Assembly (NCBI GenBank): GCA_038153405.1
Contig: JAYOYH010000001.1
Span: 96,156-160,155 of the forward strand
Length of the DNA: 64,000 bases
Direction: 5' to 3'
Source of the DNA: Gemmatimonadota bacterium
GTDB taxonomy: Bacteria; Latescibacterota; UBA2968; UBA8231
Made by a program: the position numbers and the translations under genes. Positions 1-8,134 of the stretch are shown piece after piece. Within the stretch, counting starts at the first letter, position 1, and each line of letters opens with the position of its first letter. The notes beneath the pieces are model-generated. The model was not told the origin of the DNA. It saw nothing but the letters and a program-made list of their open reading frames with translations, and ran no database searches.

Positions 1-218
1 GCACGCAGCGCTGGAAATACGTGCGCGATCCCATGGGCGATCGCGACGAGTTGTACGATCTTCAGGTTGACCCGTGGGAACTCTACAACGTCGTCGATAA
101 AGAGGAACACGCCGGCGTGCTGGGTGAAATGAGGCTGCGTCTGGCCGATTGGAGCATGGCTACGGAGGACAGTCCACCGGTGCCGCTGCCCGAAGCCGAA
201 CACTACCAATTCGATTAG
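1..218 (+). CDS. Sulfatase-family protein, C-terminal part (5' truncated by window edge)
   Basis: Frame is open from the window start: TQRWKYVRDPMGDRDELYDLQVDPWELYNV matches the sulfatase C-terminal WKY...ELYDL..DP.E..N motif. Confidence 0.75.
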   Translation, partial: TQRWKYVRDPMGDRDELYDLQVDPWELYNVVDKEEHAGVLGEMRLRLADWSMATEDSPPVPLPEAEHYQFD

Positions 219-265
219 ACAACGCGCAGCGGGCGCGGCGAATATAGACAACAGCAGGAAGGTAT

Positions 266-858
266 ATGAGCAATCCAATCGTCATGATTCTCGGTTGGCG
301 CTCCGGCACGTCGAGCCTGACAAAAACGCTCTATGAGGAAGGGTTTCCCGTTACGCCGCCGTTGGACATGCGGCCGATGGAGGGCCACCAGCCGGAAGGT
401 CATTACGAAAATCCGCAGGTCTACAAGATTAACGAAGCGCTGCTCAAGCATTTTCAAAGACGGTTTTTCAGCCGGGTCTGCTGCCCTTCGTCCAAGCCGA
501 TGTGGTGGAAAAATGGCTGGCCGACCATCCCGAACCCATAATCATCAAAGATCCGCGCTTGGCCTTCACTTGGCCGGTGTGGACTTCGTCGACACCGCGC
601 CCGTGCATTTTTGTGTGGACGGATCGCGAGACGACGTCACAGGTGGCCTCTATCGTGCGCTGGTACAAGGTGCCCGAGGCGGCGGCCCAGGCCTGCGTGC
701 GCATGCACGATATCGGTGCGCGCCTAGCTTGTCAGGAATATCGCTCGCTGCAGTTGGACATGCTCGACGAGGCGCGCAACGACAAGGGAAGGGCGTTCGT
801 CGCGCAGTTTGTCACAGCGGTGAGGGGCCCGGAGGGCACCGGCAACGTCGCTCAATAA
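266..858 (+). pseudogene. Sulfotransferase-family protein split by a frameshift (or assembly error)
   Basis: ORF 266-541 has GWRSGTS (PAPS-binding loop-like) and GHYEN; overlapping ORF 502-858 has IIKDPRL. One extra T in the T5 run at 464-468 fuses them. Confidence 0.6.
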
Positions 859-979
859 AGCCTGCCGGCTAGTCCTATTGCCAGCGGTCAATGCGCGCCG
901 GGCTGTAGCCTTAGTCCGCCTGCTGCATCCCCTATGGCAACTCCGTCTGTGCCGAGTCGGTCGGGGTCTGGAAAAGGGC

Positions 980-1009
980 TTGACATTCACGCGGCTCTGC
1001 CGGTACCTT
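980..1009 (+). promoter_or_regulatory. Sigma70-type promoter of the thrS leader
   Basis: TTGACA (980-985), 18-nt spacer, TACCTT (1004-1009). Confidence 0.65.
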
Positions 1010-1044
1010 TACACTTAACGTTAACGCAATTCGGAGGTTTTTCG

Positions 1045-1179
1045 ATGTCTCTACAGGTTGCGGTAGTGCCTTTTATGGCGCACGGCGACTATGCTGTTCT
1101 GGCATTGGAGACGTCTGCACCCACTACCGCGACTACGCCGACTACGCGCGCCGATAAGGCGGTGGGGCATCCGGTTTAA
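1045..1179 (+). CDS. Thr-rich leader peptide (44 aa) of a thrS attenuator
   Basis: GGAGG SD at 1033-1037; MSLQVAVVPFMAHGDYAVLALETSAPTTATTPTTRADKAVGHPV*, with 7 Thr in 12 codons. Confidence 0.8.
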   Translation: MSLQVAVVPFMAHGDYAVLALETSAPTTATTPTTRADKAVGHPV

Positions 1180-1202
1180 ACTAAATCGAACGCATGCTTA
1201 CG

Positions 1203-1234
1203 ACCCACTGCCGCATGGATGGCAGTGGGTTTTT
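1203..1234 (+). terminator. Attenuator terminator hairpin upstream of thrS
   Basis: ACCCACTGCC-gcatggat-GGCAGTGGGT perfect 10-bp stem followed by a T run. Confidence 0.8.
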
Positions 1235-1257
1235 GCATGTCTATTGAGGAGCAAACC

Positions 1258-3249
1258 ATGTTGATCAACGTGCCCGAAGGGCAAGATATACAATGCGATG
1301 GCGGCGGTACATTAAAAGAGATCTTGGCCGATCGCGACAAAAATCTGTTAAAGGAATACATCGCCGCCAGAGTAGATGGAGCGCGCGTCGATTTTCACAC
1401 GCCGTTAGCCGACGATGCGCAGGTAGAGCTGATCGCGTGGGATGATCCGGAGGCGGCATGGATCTATCGCCACAGCCTTTCGCACGTATTGGCTCAGGCC
1501 GTGTTGCGGCTTTTCCCGGATGCCAAGCTGGCGATCGGACCGGCTATTGAAGATGGGTTCTACTACGACTTTGACGTCGAGCAGCCCTTTACGCCGGAAG
1601 ACCTAGCCCAAATCGAAAAGGAAATGAAGCGAGTCATCAAGCAAAACCACAAATTCGAGCGCGTCGATGTGTCGCGCGCGGAAGCTGCAGAGATGATCGC
1701 CGGGGCACCCTACAAAATGGAGCTCCTCGAGGGGCTTGAAGAGGGTCAACCGCTGTCCTTTTACAAGGACGGCGAGTTTGTCGACCTGTGCCGCGGGCCA
1801 CACATGCTGGGCACGGGTCAGGTCAAACACTTTAAACTGCTGTCGGTGGCCGGCGCCTATTGGCGCGGCGACGAAAAGCGCAAAATGCTGCAGCGCATCT
1901 ACGGCACGGCGTTTGCCACGCGCGAGGCCCTCGATGCGCACGTGAGGATGTTGGAAGAAGCAAAAAAACGCGACCACCGCGTGCTAGGTCGCCAGCTGCG
2001 CCTCTTTCACATCGACGAAGAAGTGGGGCAGGGGCTGATACTGTGGACGCCCAACGGGGCCGTCGTGCGCAATGAATTGCAAAATTTCATATCGGCCGAG
2101 CTGCGCCGTCAGGGCTACAGCCAAGTGTTTACGCCGCATATTGGCAAGCTCGACCTCTACCGCACCAGCGGTCACTTTCCCTACTATCAGGAGAGCCAGT
2201 ACCCGCCGCTGATCGATCACGATCACATGCAGGGGTTGGCAGAGGAAGGTTGCTCCTGCGGCGAATTATCTAACCAGATGAGGGCGGGGGACGTCGATGG
2301 CTATTTACTCAAGCCGATGAACTGTCCGCATCACATCAAGATCTTTGCCTCGCAGATGCACAGCTATCGCGACCTGCCGGTGCGCTTGGCCGAGTTCGGC
2401 ACCGTCTACCGCTGGGAGCAGTCGGGGGAACTGGGCGGCATGACGCGCGTGCGCGGCTTTACCCAAGACGATGCGCACCTATTCTGCACTGAAGACCAAG
2501 TAGCTGACGAACTGCTCGGCTGTTTGGAACTGGTGAAGATTATATTTGGCACGCTGGGTATGGAAGACTATCGCGTGCGCGTGGGACTGCGCGATCCCGA
2601 CAGCGGCAAATACGTCGGCGATCCAACCCAATGGGATCGCGCCGAAGAAGCCTGTCGCCAAGCGGCGAAAAGCCTGGGCGTTGCTTTCAGCGAGGAGTCC
2701 GGTGAGGCCGCCTTTTACGGACCCAAGATCGACTTTGTCGTCAAAGATGTCGTAGGGCGCGAGTGGCAGCTCGGCACCGTACAGGTCGACTACAACCTGC
2801 CCGAGCGCTTTGACTTGGCATACGTCGATGCCGAAGGCAAAGCGCAGCGCCCGGTGATGATTCACCGCGCTCCCTTTGGCTCGATGGAGCGCTTTGTCGG
2901 CGTGCTGATCGAGCACTTTGCCGGCGCCTTTCCGGTTTGGCTGGCGCCGGTGCAGGCGGTTGTTCTGCCCATCGCCGAACGCCATGCTGAATACGCCGAG
3001 GGGGTCTGCCAACAGCTGCGTGCCGCCGGGCTGCGCGCCGAACTCGATGCGGCTAACGAAACCCTCAACAAGCGCATCCGCCAGGCGCAGACGCGCAAGG
3101 TGCCCTATATGTTTATCGCCGGTGACCGCGAAGTGGAAGAAGGGCAGGTTTCCGTGCGCCTGCGCTCGGGGGACAATCTCGACCCACTGAGCGCGGCGCA
3201 GGCGGTTCAACTGCTGCGCGACAAGGTGGCGGACAAGGCGCTGACCTAA
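1258..3249 (+). CDS. thrS: Threonine--tRNA ligase
   Basis: HSLSHVLAQAV, DLCRGPH, KPMNCPHH, RVRGFTQDDAH, AFYGPKID, HRAPFGSMERF; SD GAGGA at 1246-1250 favours ATG 1258. Confidence 0.97.
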   Translation: MLINVPEGQDIQCDGGGTLKEILADRDKNLLKEYIAARVDGARVDFHTPLADDAQVELIAWDDPEAAWIYRHSLSHVLAQAVLRLFPDAKLAIGPAIEDGFYYDFDVEQPFTPEDLAQIEKEMKRVIKQNHKFERVDVSRAEAAEMIAGAPYKMELLEGLEEGQPLSFYKDGEFVDLCRGPHMLGTGQVKHFKLLSVAGAYWRGDEKRKMLQRIYGTAFATREALDAHVRMLEEAKKRDHRVLGRQLRLFHIDEEVGQGLILWTPNGAVVRNELQNFISAELRRQGYSQVFTPHIGKLDLYRTSGHFPYYQESQYPPLIDHDHMQGLAEEGCSCGELSNQMRAGDVDGYLLKPMNCPHHIKIFASQMHSYRDLPVRLAEFGTVYRWEQSGELGGMTRVRGFTQDDAHLFCTEDQVADELLGCLELVKIIFGTLGMEDYRVRVGLRDPDSGKYVGDPTQWDRAEEACRQAAKSLGVAFSEESGEAAFYGPKIDFVVKDVVGREWQLGTVQVDYNLPERFDLAYVDAEGKAQRPVMIHRAPFGSMERFVGVLIEHFAGAFPVWLAPVQAVVLPIAERHAEYAEGVCQQLRAAGLRAELDAANETLNKRIRQAQTRKVPYMFIAGDREVEEGQVSVRLRSGDNLDPLSAAQAVQLLRDKVADKALT

Positions 3250-3263
3250 AAACAAAAGAGCCC

Positions 3264-4097
3264 TTACTGCGCCGTGGACCGCCGGGTTTTGGCGCGTCCC
3301 CACGTTTGGTCCTCGATCGCCGAGGGCAGCGCTATGCCCGGGCCGTCGTCGTCGCCGCCGTCGGGGGCAAACTCAGCCCAGACGGGTCGGAGCTGCGAGA
3401 TGCGTGCGGCGGCCTGCGGGTCTTCGCTGCGCTGGTCGAAAAAGTCGACCCCGTGCACTCCAGTAAACTCGCGAGTAAGGGCGTTCACCAGATATATATT
3501 GGCGCTGGCGCCGCTCTGATCCAGTGCGACGGGTATGTCCAATGGCAGCGCGTTGTGCAGCGGGGCGGCGCTGGGCGTGGGCTCGGCCAGCGAGGCAAAG
3601 AGCAGCACGTCGCCCTCGTCGGGCAGGCGCTGGCGCATGCTCTGGTAGGCCTTCTCTAACTCGGTCGCGGCGCTGGCTGCCGGTGCGCGGGTCTGGTAGT
3701 TGAGGGCGACAAAGTCGAAGTCGCCAGCGCGAAATGTGGCGTAGACTGGACGGCGTTCCGCACCAATGTCGAGAAATGCTCCCGGCGCGAGGATCTGCAC
3801 GCGGCGGTCGCGCCAGGCAAAGGCATAGCGCACCTGGTCGGCACCGGAGGGCTGCGAGGGCAGCACCTTAAAGACGTCGCCGCGGCGAAAGAGGATGGCC
3901 AGCAGCCCGTCGGCAGCGGCTAGGTCGCGTAGGTCTTGGATAGCCGCAAAGTCGTACTGTTGGATAATGTCGGCCACACCCTCCAAGTCGGAGTCCAGCG
4001 AGAGCCCGCTGGCGTGGAAAGAGGCGATGCGCAGGGGTTGGGCGGTGGCCGACAGGCTCGACAACAGCAGGACCAAGCAGCAGGTGCCAACGTTCAT
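3264..4097 (-). CDS. Secreted endonuclease/exonuclease/phosphatase (DNase I-like) fold protein with C-terminal TWGxxK motif; catalytic residues look degenerate
   Basis: Signal peptide; LRIASFH, YDFAAIQDLRD, YAFAWR, RRPVYATFRAGDFDF, ISQLRPVWAEF; ends SAIEDQTWGRAK. Confidence 0.6.
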   Translation of the reverse strand: MNVGTCCLVLLLSSLSATAQPLRIASFHASGLSLDSDLEGVADIIQQYDFAAIQDLRDLAAADGLLAILFRRGDVFKVLPSQPSGADQVRYAFAWRDRRVQILAPGAFLDIGAERRPVYATFRAGDFDFVALNYQTRAPAASAATELEKAYQSMRQRLPDEGDVLLFASLAEPTPSAAPLHNALPLDIPVALDQSGASANIYLVNALTREFTGVHGVDFFDQRSEDPQAAARISQLRPVWAEFAPDGGDDDGPGIALPSAIEDQTWGRAKTRRSTAQ

Positions 4098-4118
4098 TTT
4101 TTTATGGCCTTTCTCTAC

Positions 4119-4838
4119 ATGGGATTCTTCAAGAAGATAAACTATATCGCGGGTATTTTCTGGCATTTTCGCTACTATGCGCTCTGTGCTGGGTTGGCGT
4201 TGGTGTGCTGGGACACGCCCTTTATCAAACCCTTTCGCTTTTTCGTCGTTCTGGTGCACGAGGTAAACCACGCCGCCGCCGCTCTGCTGAGTGGCGGAGA
4301 GGTGGTGGAAATGCGCACCCATTGGAACGAATCGGGGCACACGCTGACGCGCGGCGGTTTCTTTCCTCTCATCAGCGCGGCCGGCTACGTCGGCTCGGCG
4401 CTATGGGGTGCGTTGCTGATCTACACCAGCCTCTATCCGCAGGCCCAGCGCCTAGCTATGCTGCTGGTCGGGGCCGTTTGCATGGCGATGACGATGAAGT
4501 ATACACCGCTGGGCGGCATCGACTTCTTTATCGGCATCGGCGGTGGGTTTGTATTGATGGCTATGGCGATCAAGTCGCAGCGCGCGGCGCGGGTGGGATC
4601 GGTGTGGATGGGCATTATGCTCTGCCTATACAGCCTGCACGACTTTCAAACCGATTTGCTCCACGTGCCCGAGCGCACCGATGCCGGTATTTTGGCCGTG
4701 TATCTGGGCATGCCGCCGGAATCGGCGTTCTTGCTCGCCTATCCCATCGCGTTTAGCTGGGTGCTATTCTCTCTTTCGGCCATGTATCGGGCGCTGCGCG
4801 CGCTGGTGCGCGAAGAAGGACGCCGGCGCAGTGCATAG
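4119..4838 (+). CDS. M50B-like membrane metallopeptidase
   Basis: LVHEVNHAAAALLSGG (HExxH), SAAGYVG, TDAGILA; multiple TM segments; alternative start at 4104. Confidence 0.8.
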   Translation: MGFFKKINYIAGIFWHFRYYALCAGLALVCWDTPFIKPFRFFVVLVHEVNHAAAALLSGGEVVEMRTHWNESGHTLTRGGFFPLISAAGYVGSALWGALLIYTSLYPQAQRLAMLLVGAVCMAMTMKYTPLGGIDFFIGIGGGFVLMAMAIKSQRAARVGSVWMGIMLCLYSLHDFQTDLLHVPERTDAGILAVYLGMPPESAFLLAYPIAFSWVLFSLSAMYRALRALVREEGRRRSA

Positions 4839-4958
4839 AAGAGGCAGCGTTGAAAGGGATAGGGCGATAGGCTAATTTAGACAGACCTGCTCGCCCTTTG
4901 CGGCCGGCAGAGCCGACCTCGCTAACGCATATAAGGGTTATTTACGGAGAGATCTGCA

Positions 4959-6728
4959 ATGAGAATGAGTCAGTTGTTCAGCACGACGCTGCGCGACATT
5001 AGCGCCGATGCCGAAGTGGCCAGCCACAAGCTGCTGCTGCGCGCCGGCTATATTCGCCAGTTGGCCAGCGGCATTTTTAGCTATTTGCCGCTGGCACAGC
5101 GCGCCCTGCGCAAGGTCGAAGACATCATCCGCGACGAAATGGATGCCATCGGCGGTCAGGAGATCACCATGCCGGTAGTGCATCCTGCTGAAATTTGGCA
5201 GCGCACCGGGCGCTACTACGCCATCGGCAGCGAGATGAGTCGCTTTAAGGACAAAAACGAACGCGATATGGTGCTGGCTATGACGCACGAGGAAGTAGTA
5301 GCCGATCTCGTTAGCCGAGAAATAAAGAGCTATCGCCAGCTGCCTCAGCTCGTCTATCAGCTGCAGACCAAGTGGCGCGACGACCCGCGGCCCCGCTCGG
5401 GGCTAATTCGCGTGCGCGAGTTCACGATGAAGGACAGCTATAGCCTCGACGCCGACTGGCAGGGGTTGGAAACGCAGTACCGCGCCCATTACCAGGCTTA
5501 TTTCAACATCTTTCGCCGCTGTGGAATAGACGCTATCGCCGTTGCCTCTGATACCGGTATGATGGGGGGCAAAGTGGCGCACGAATACATGTATCTAACG
5601 CCGATAGGCGAGGACACGCTGCTGCTGTGCGAAGGCTGCGGCTACTCGGCCAATCGGCAGATTGCCACGTTCCAGCGCTCTGCCGCCGCGGCTGAAGAAG
5701 CGCTGGATATGGAAAAGGTGGCCACGCCCGATGCCCAGACTATTGAGGAGTTGGCCCAGTTCCTCGATATCGACGCCAGCCGCACCGCCAAGGCGGTCTT
5801 TATGATGGCCACTGTAGGCGAGGGCGAGGAAGAGAAAGACCAGTTTGTGCTGGCAGTGATTCGCGGCGATATGGAGGTCAACGAAACCAAGCTGGCCAAC
5901 GCAGTGGGTGCGCGCGAAATGTGGCCGGCCAATGCCGAAGAAATTGCCTCCGTAGGTGCAGTACCCGGCTATGGTTCACCGCTGGGTGTAGAGGGAGCGC
6001 TAGTGGTCGTCGATGTGTCCATCGCCGATTCGCCCAACTTGGTTGCCGGCGCTAACGAAGCGGGCTATCACATGCGCAACGTCAACTGCGGCCGTGACTA
6101 TGAGTCGGATATAACGACGGATATTGCCGCGGCGCGGGCCGGCGACAGCTGTCCGCGCTGTGGGCAGTCGATGCACACATCGCGCGGCGTTGAAGTGGGC
6201 AATATCTTTCAGCTCGGCACCAAATATACCGAGGCGCTGGGCGGCGAGTTTCTCGATGCCAACGGCAAGGCCCAGCCGGTGATCATGGGTTCGTACGGAA
6301 TTGGCGTCGGCCGCTTGCTGGCCTGCATAGCAGAGGAACACCACGATGAGAACGGGCTGATATGGCCAATATCCATCGCGCCTTTCCAAGTGATGATTAC
6401 GCTGTTGGCCAAGGGCGCAGGGGAAGCGCAGACGGTAGCCGAAAACCTTTATGCCGATCTGCGCGCGCGCGGCTTGGAGGTGCTGTTGGACGATCGCCGG
6501 GAAAACCCTGGAGTGAAGTTTAACGACGCCGACCTGCTCGGCATACCCGTGCGCCTAACCGTTGGCGATCGCGGGTTGAAAAACGGCGTCGTCGAATTCA
6601 AACTGCGCCGCGACAGCGAGCGCAGTGAAGTCCCCGTAGAAGCGGCTGTCGAACGCACTGTGGCAGTGGTTCAGCAGCTCGAGGCCGAGCTGCGACAGCG
6701 CGTCGTCGCCGTAGCATACAGGGAGTAA
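4959..6728 (+). CDS. proS: Proline--tRNA ligase (bacterial type with editing insertion)
   Basis: SHKLLLRAGYIRQ, THEE, RPRSGLIRVREFTMKDSYS, GVEVGNIFQLGTKY, MGSYGIGVGR. Confidence 0.96.
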   Translation: MRMSQLFSTTLRDISADAEVASHKLLLRAGYIRQLASGIFSYLPLAQRALRKVEDIIRDEMDAIGGQEITMPVVHPAEIWQRTGRYYAIGSEMSRFKDKNERDMVLAMTHEEVVADLVSREIKSYRQLPQLVYQLQTKWRDDPRPRSGLIRVREFTMKDSYSLDADWQGLETQYRAHYQAYFNIFRRCGIDAIAVASDTGMMGGKVAHEYMYLTPIGEDTLLLCEGCGYSANRQIATFQRSAAAAEEALDMEKVATPDAQTIEELAQFLDIDASRTAKAVFMMATVGEGEEEKDQFVLAVIRGDMEVNETKLANAVGAREMWPANAEEIASVGAVPGYGSPLGVEGALVVVDVSIADSPNLVAGANEAGYHMRNVNCGRDYESDITTDIAAARAGDSCPRCGQSMHTSRGVEVGNIFQLGTKYTEALGGEFLDANGKAQPVIMGSYGIGVGRLLACIAEEHHDENGLIWPISIAPFQVMITLLAKGAGEAQTVAENLYADLRARGLEVLLDDRRENPGVKFNDADLLGIPVRLTVGDRGLKNGVVEFKLRRDSERSEVPVEAAVERTVAVVQQLEAELRQRVVAVAYRE

Positions 6729-6731
6729 GTC

Positions 6732-7367
6732 ATGCCGATATTCCGCAGTGGAGCGGGACGCATTCCGACTTGGTGCCAGATGCAGCACTACGATATTGTG
6801 CGCCTCGAGCCCGGACAGGACCAGCACTACGCGCGCAGTGGGGTGATGGAAAAGCTCATCGTCGGCAAGGGATGTGGCCTCTTGCGCGTGGGGGGGCATT
6901 CGGTGGTTGTCGAGGAGGGGGCCAATTTAGACATCGGGCCTGGCGATGCGCCCTTTGTAGTTCTTTCGGTAGAGGAGCCTATGGTGCTGGTGCGGATGTG
7001 CGGTGAATGGGGCAACCAGTGCGGCGGCTCGGGGCTATTTCGCGGCGTTCACTCGGATGCACCGCAGGACAAAGGCGATGCCGTAGACTATGAGAAATTC
7101 ACCAATTTTGACAGCCACTATCACGACTGCGACGAGTATTGGATTCTCTACGAGGGACGCGCTACGGTCGTCACTGAAGGGCAGATGTACGACGTTGAGG
7201 CCGGCGATTGCGTGGCGACGGGCATGGGCTTTCACCACGATATGGCGCGCGTTCACGAACCGGTGCGCGCCGTTTTCTTCGAAACCACATTAGAGGGCCA
7301 ACAGCGATGCGGACACCTGTGGAACCACACGCACGGGATTGCCCAACCGCAGCTCGAACGCGTGTAG
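6732..7367 (+). CDS. Cupin-domain protein
   Basis: HYHDCDEYWILYEG...GDCVATGMGFHH cupin metal motifs. Confidence 0.75.
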   Translation: MPIFRSGAGRIPTWCQMQHYDIVRLEPGQDQHYARSGVMEKLIVGKGCGLLRVGGHSVVVEEGANLDIGPGDAPFVVLSVEEPMVLVRMCGEWGNQCGGSGLFRGVHSDAPQDKGDAVDYEKFTNFDSHYHDCDEYWILYEGRATVVTEGQMYDVEAGDCVATGMGFHHDMARVHEPVRAVFFETTLEGQQRCGHLWNHTHGIAQPQLERV

Positions 7368-7416
7368 GCCTGCTATTTGCCTATTTGCCGAGCGGGTGTT
7401 AGCCCGTTGCGCGCGC

Positions 7417-8115
7417 CTACTGTTCCCATTCTTCTTCCGGCACGATTGCAATGTCCTGCGGTTGGTAGCCGATGACGCGCTTGCCGTGTTCCATATCGTA
7501 CAGCGGCCAGTTGCTACCCGAAACGCCGAAGACGACTTCGTAACCGACGTTGGGGTGGGTTATGGCGCATTCGAATACGCGCACGCAGTCGCCGTGGCTG
7601 AGGTGATGCGGATGCTCCGGCCGGTCGCGCTCTGCGCTGAAGTTGCCGATGCGCACGCAGACGATTTCCATATCGTACTTCTGGACGTAGGAATAGGCCA
7701 GCGACTCGCCAAAGACCTTGCTAATGGTATAATGGCCGACGGGACGTGGGACCATTTCGACGGTGCGCGTCAGTCGTTTGGAATAGGGGCTCAGAACGCC
7801 GGCTCGACTGGCGTAGGCTATGCGTTTGACGCCGTGCAGGCGCGCCGCTTCAAAGACGTGGTAGGTCCCGACGAAATTGCTCTGCAAGAGGGCATCCCAG
7901 TCGTCGCCGCCGGGTAGGCCGCCGAGGTGAACGATGGCGTCCATGCCCTCGACGGCCTGCTGCACCGCGGCGAAATCGTTCAGGTCGGAAACAACCTGAT
8001 CTTCGAGGTCGGGAATGGCGACGCGGTCGTGTCCGCGCACGCTGTGGTTGTTTTGCAATCCGCGCACGACGCACTGGCCGACGCGCCCGGCAGCACCGGT
8101 CACTAAAACGCGCAT
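7417..8115 (-). CDS. NAD-dependent epimerase/dehydratase (uronate dehydrogenase-like SDR)
   Basis: VLVTGAAGRVG, YTISKVFGE, VRIG. Confidence 0.85.
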   Translation of the reverse strand: MRVLVTGAAGRVGQCVVRGLQNNHSVRGHDRVAIPDLEDQVVSDLNDFAAVQQAVEGMDAIVHLGGLPGGDDWDALLQSNFVGTYHVFEAARLHGVKRIAYASRAGVLSPYSKRLTRTVEMVPRPVGHYTISKVFGESLAYSYVQKYDMEIVCVRIGNFSAERDRPEHPHHLSHGDCVRVFECAITHPNVGYEVVFGVSGSNWPLYDMEHGKRVIGYQPQDIAIVPEEEWEQ

Positions 8116-8134
8116 GGATCCCTCCTATAGTGTC

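Noticed and set aside
1020..1257. T-box riboswitch upstream of thrS
   Set aside because: No T-box GGTGGNACCGCG-like consensus; the SD-led Thr-rich ORF explains the leader better.
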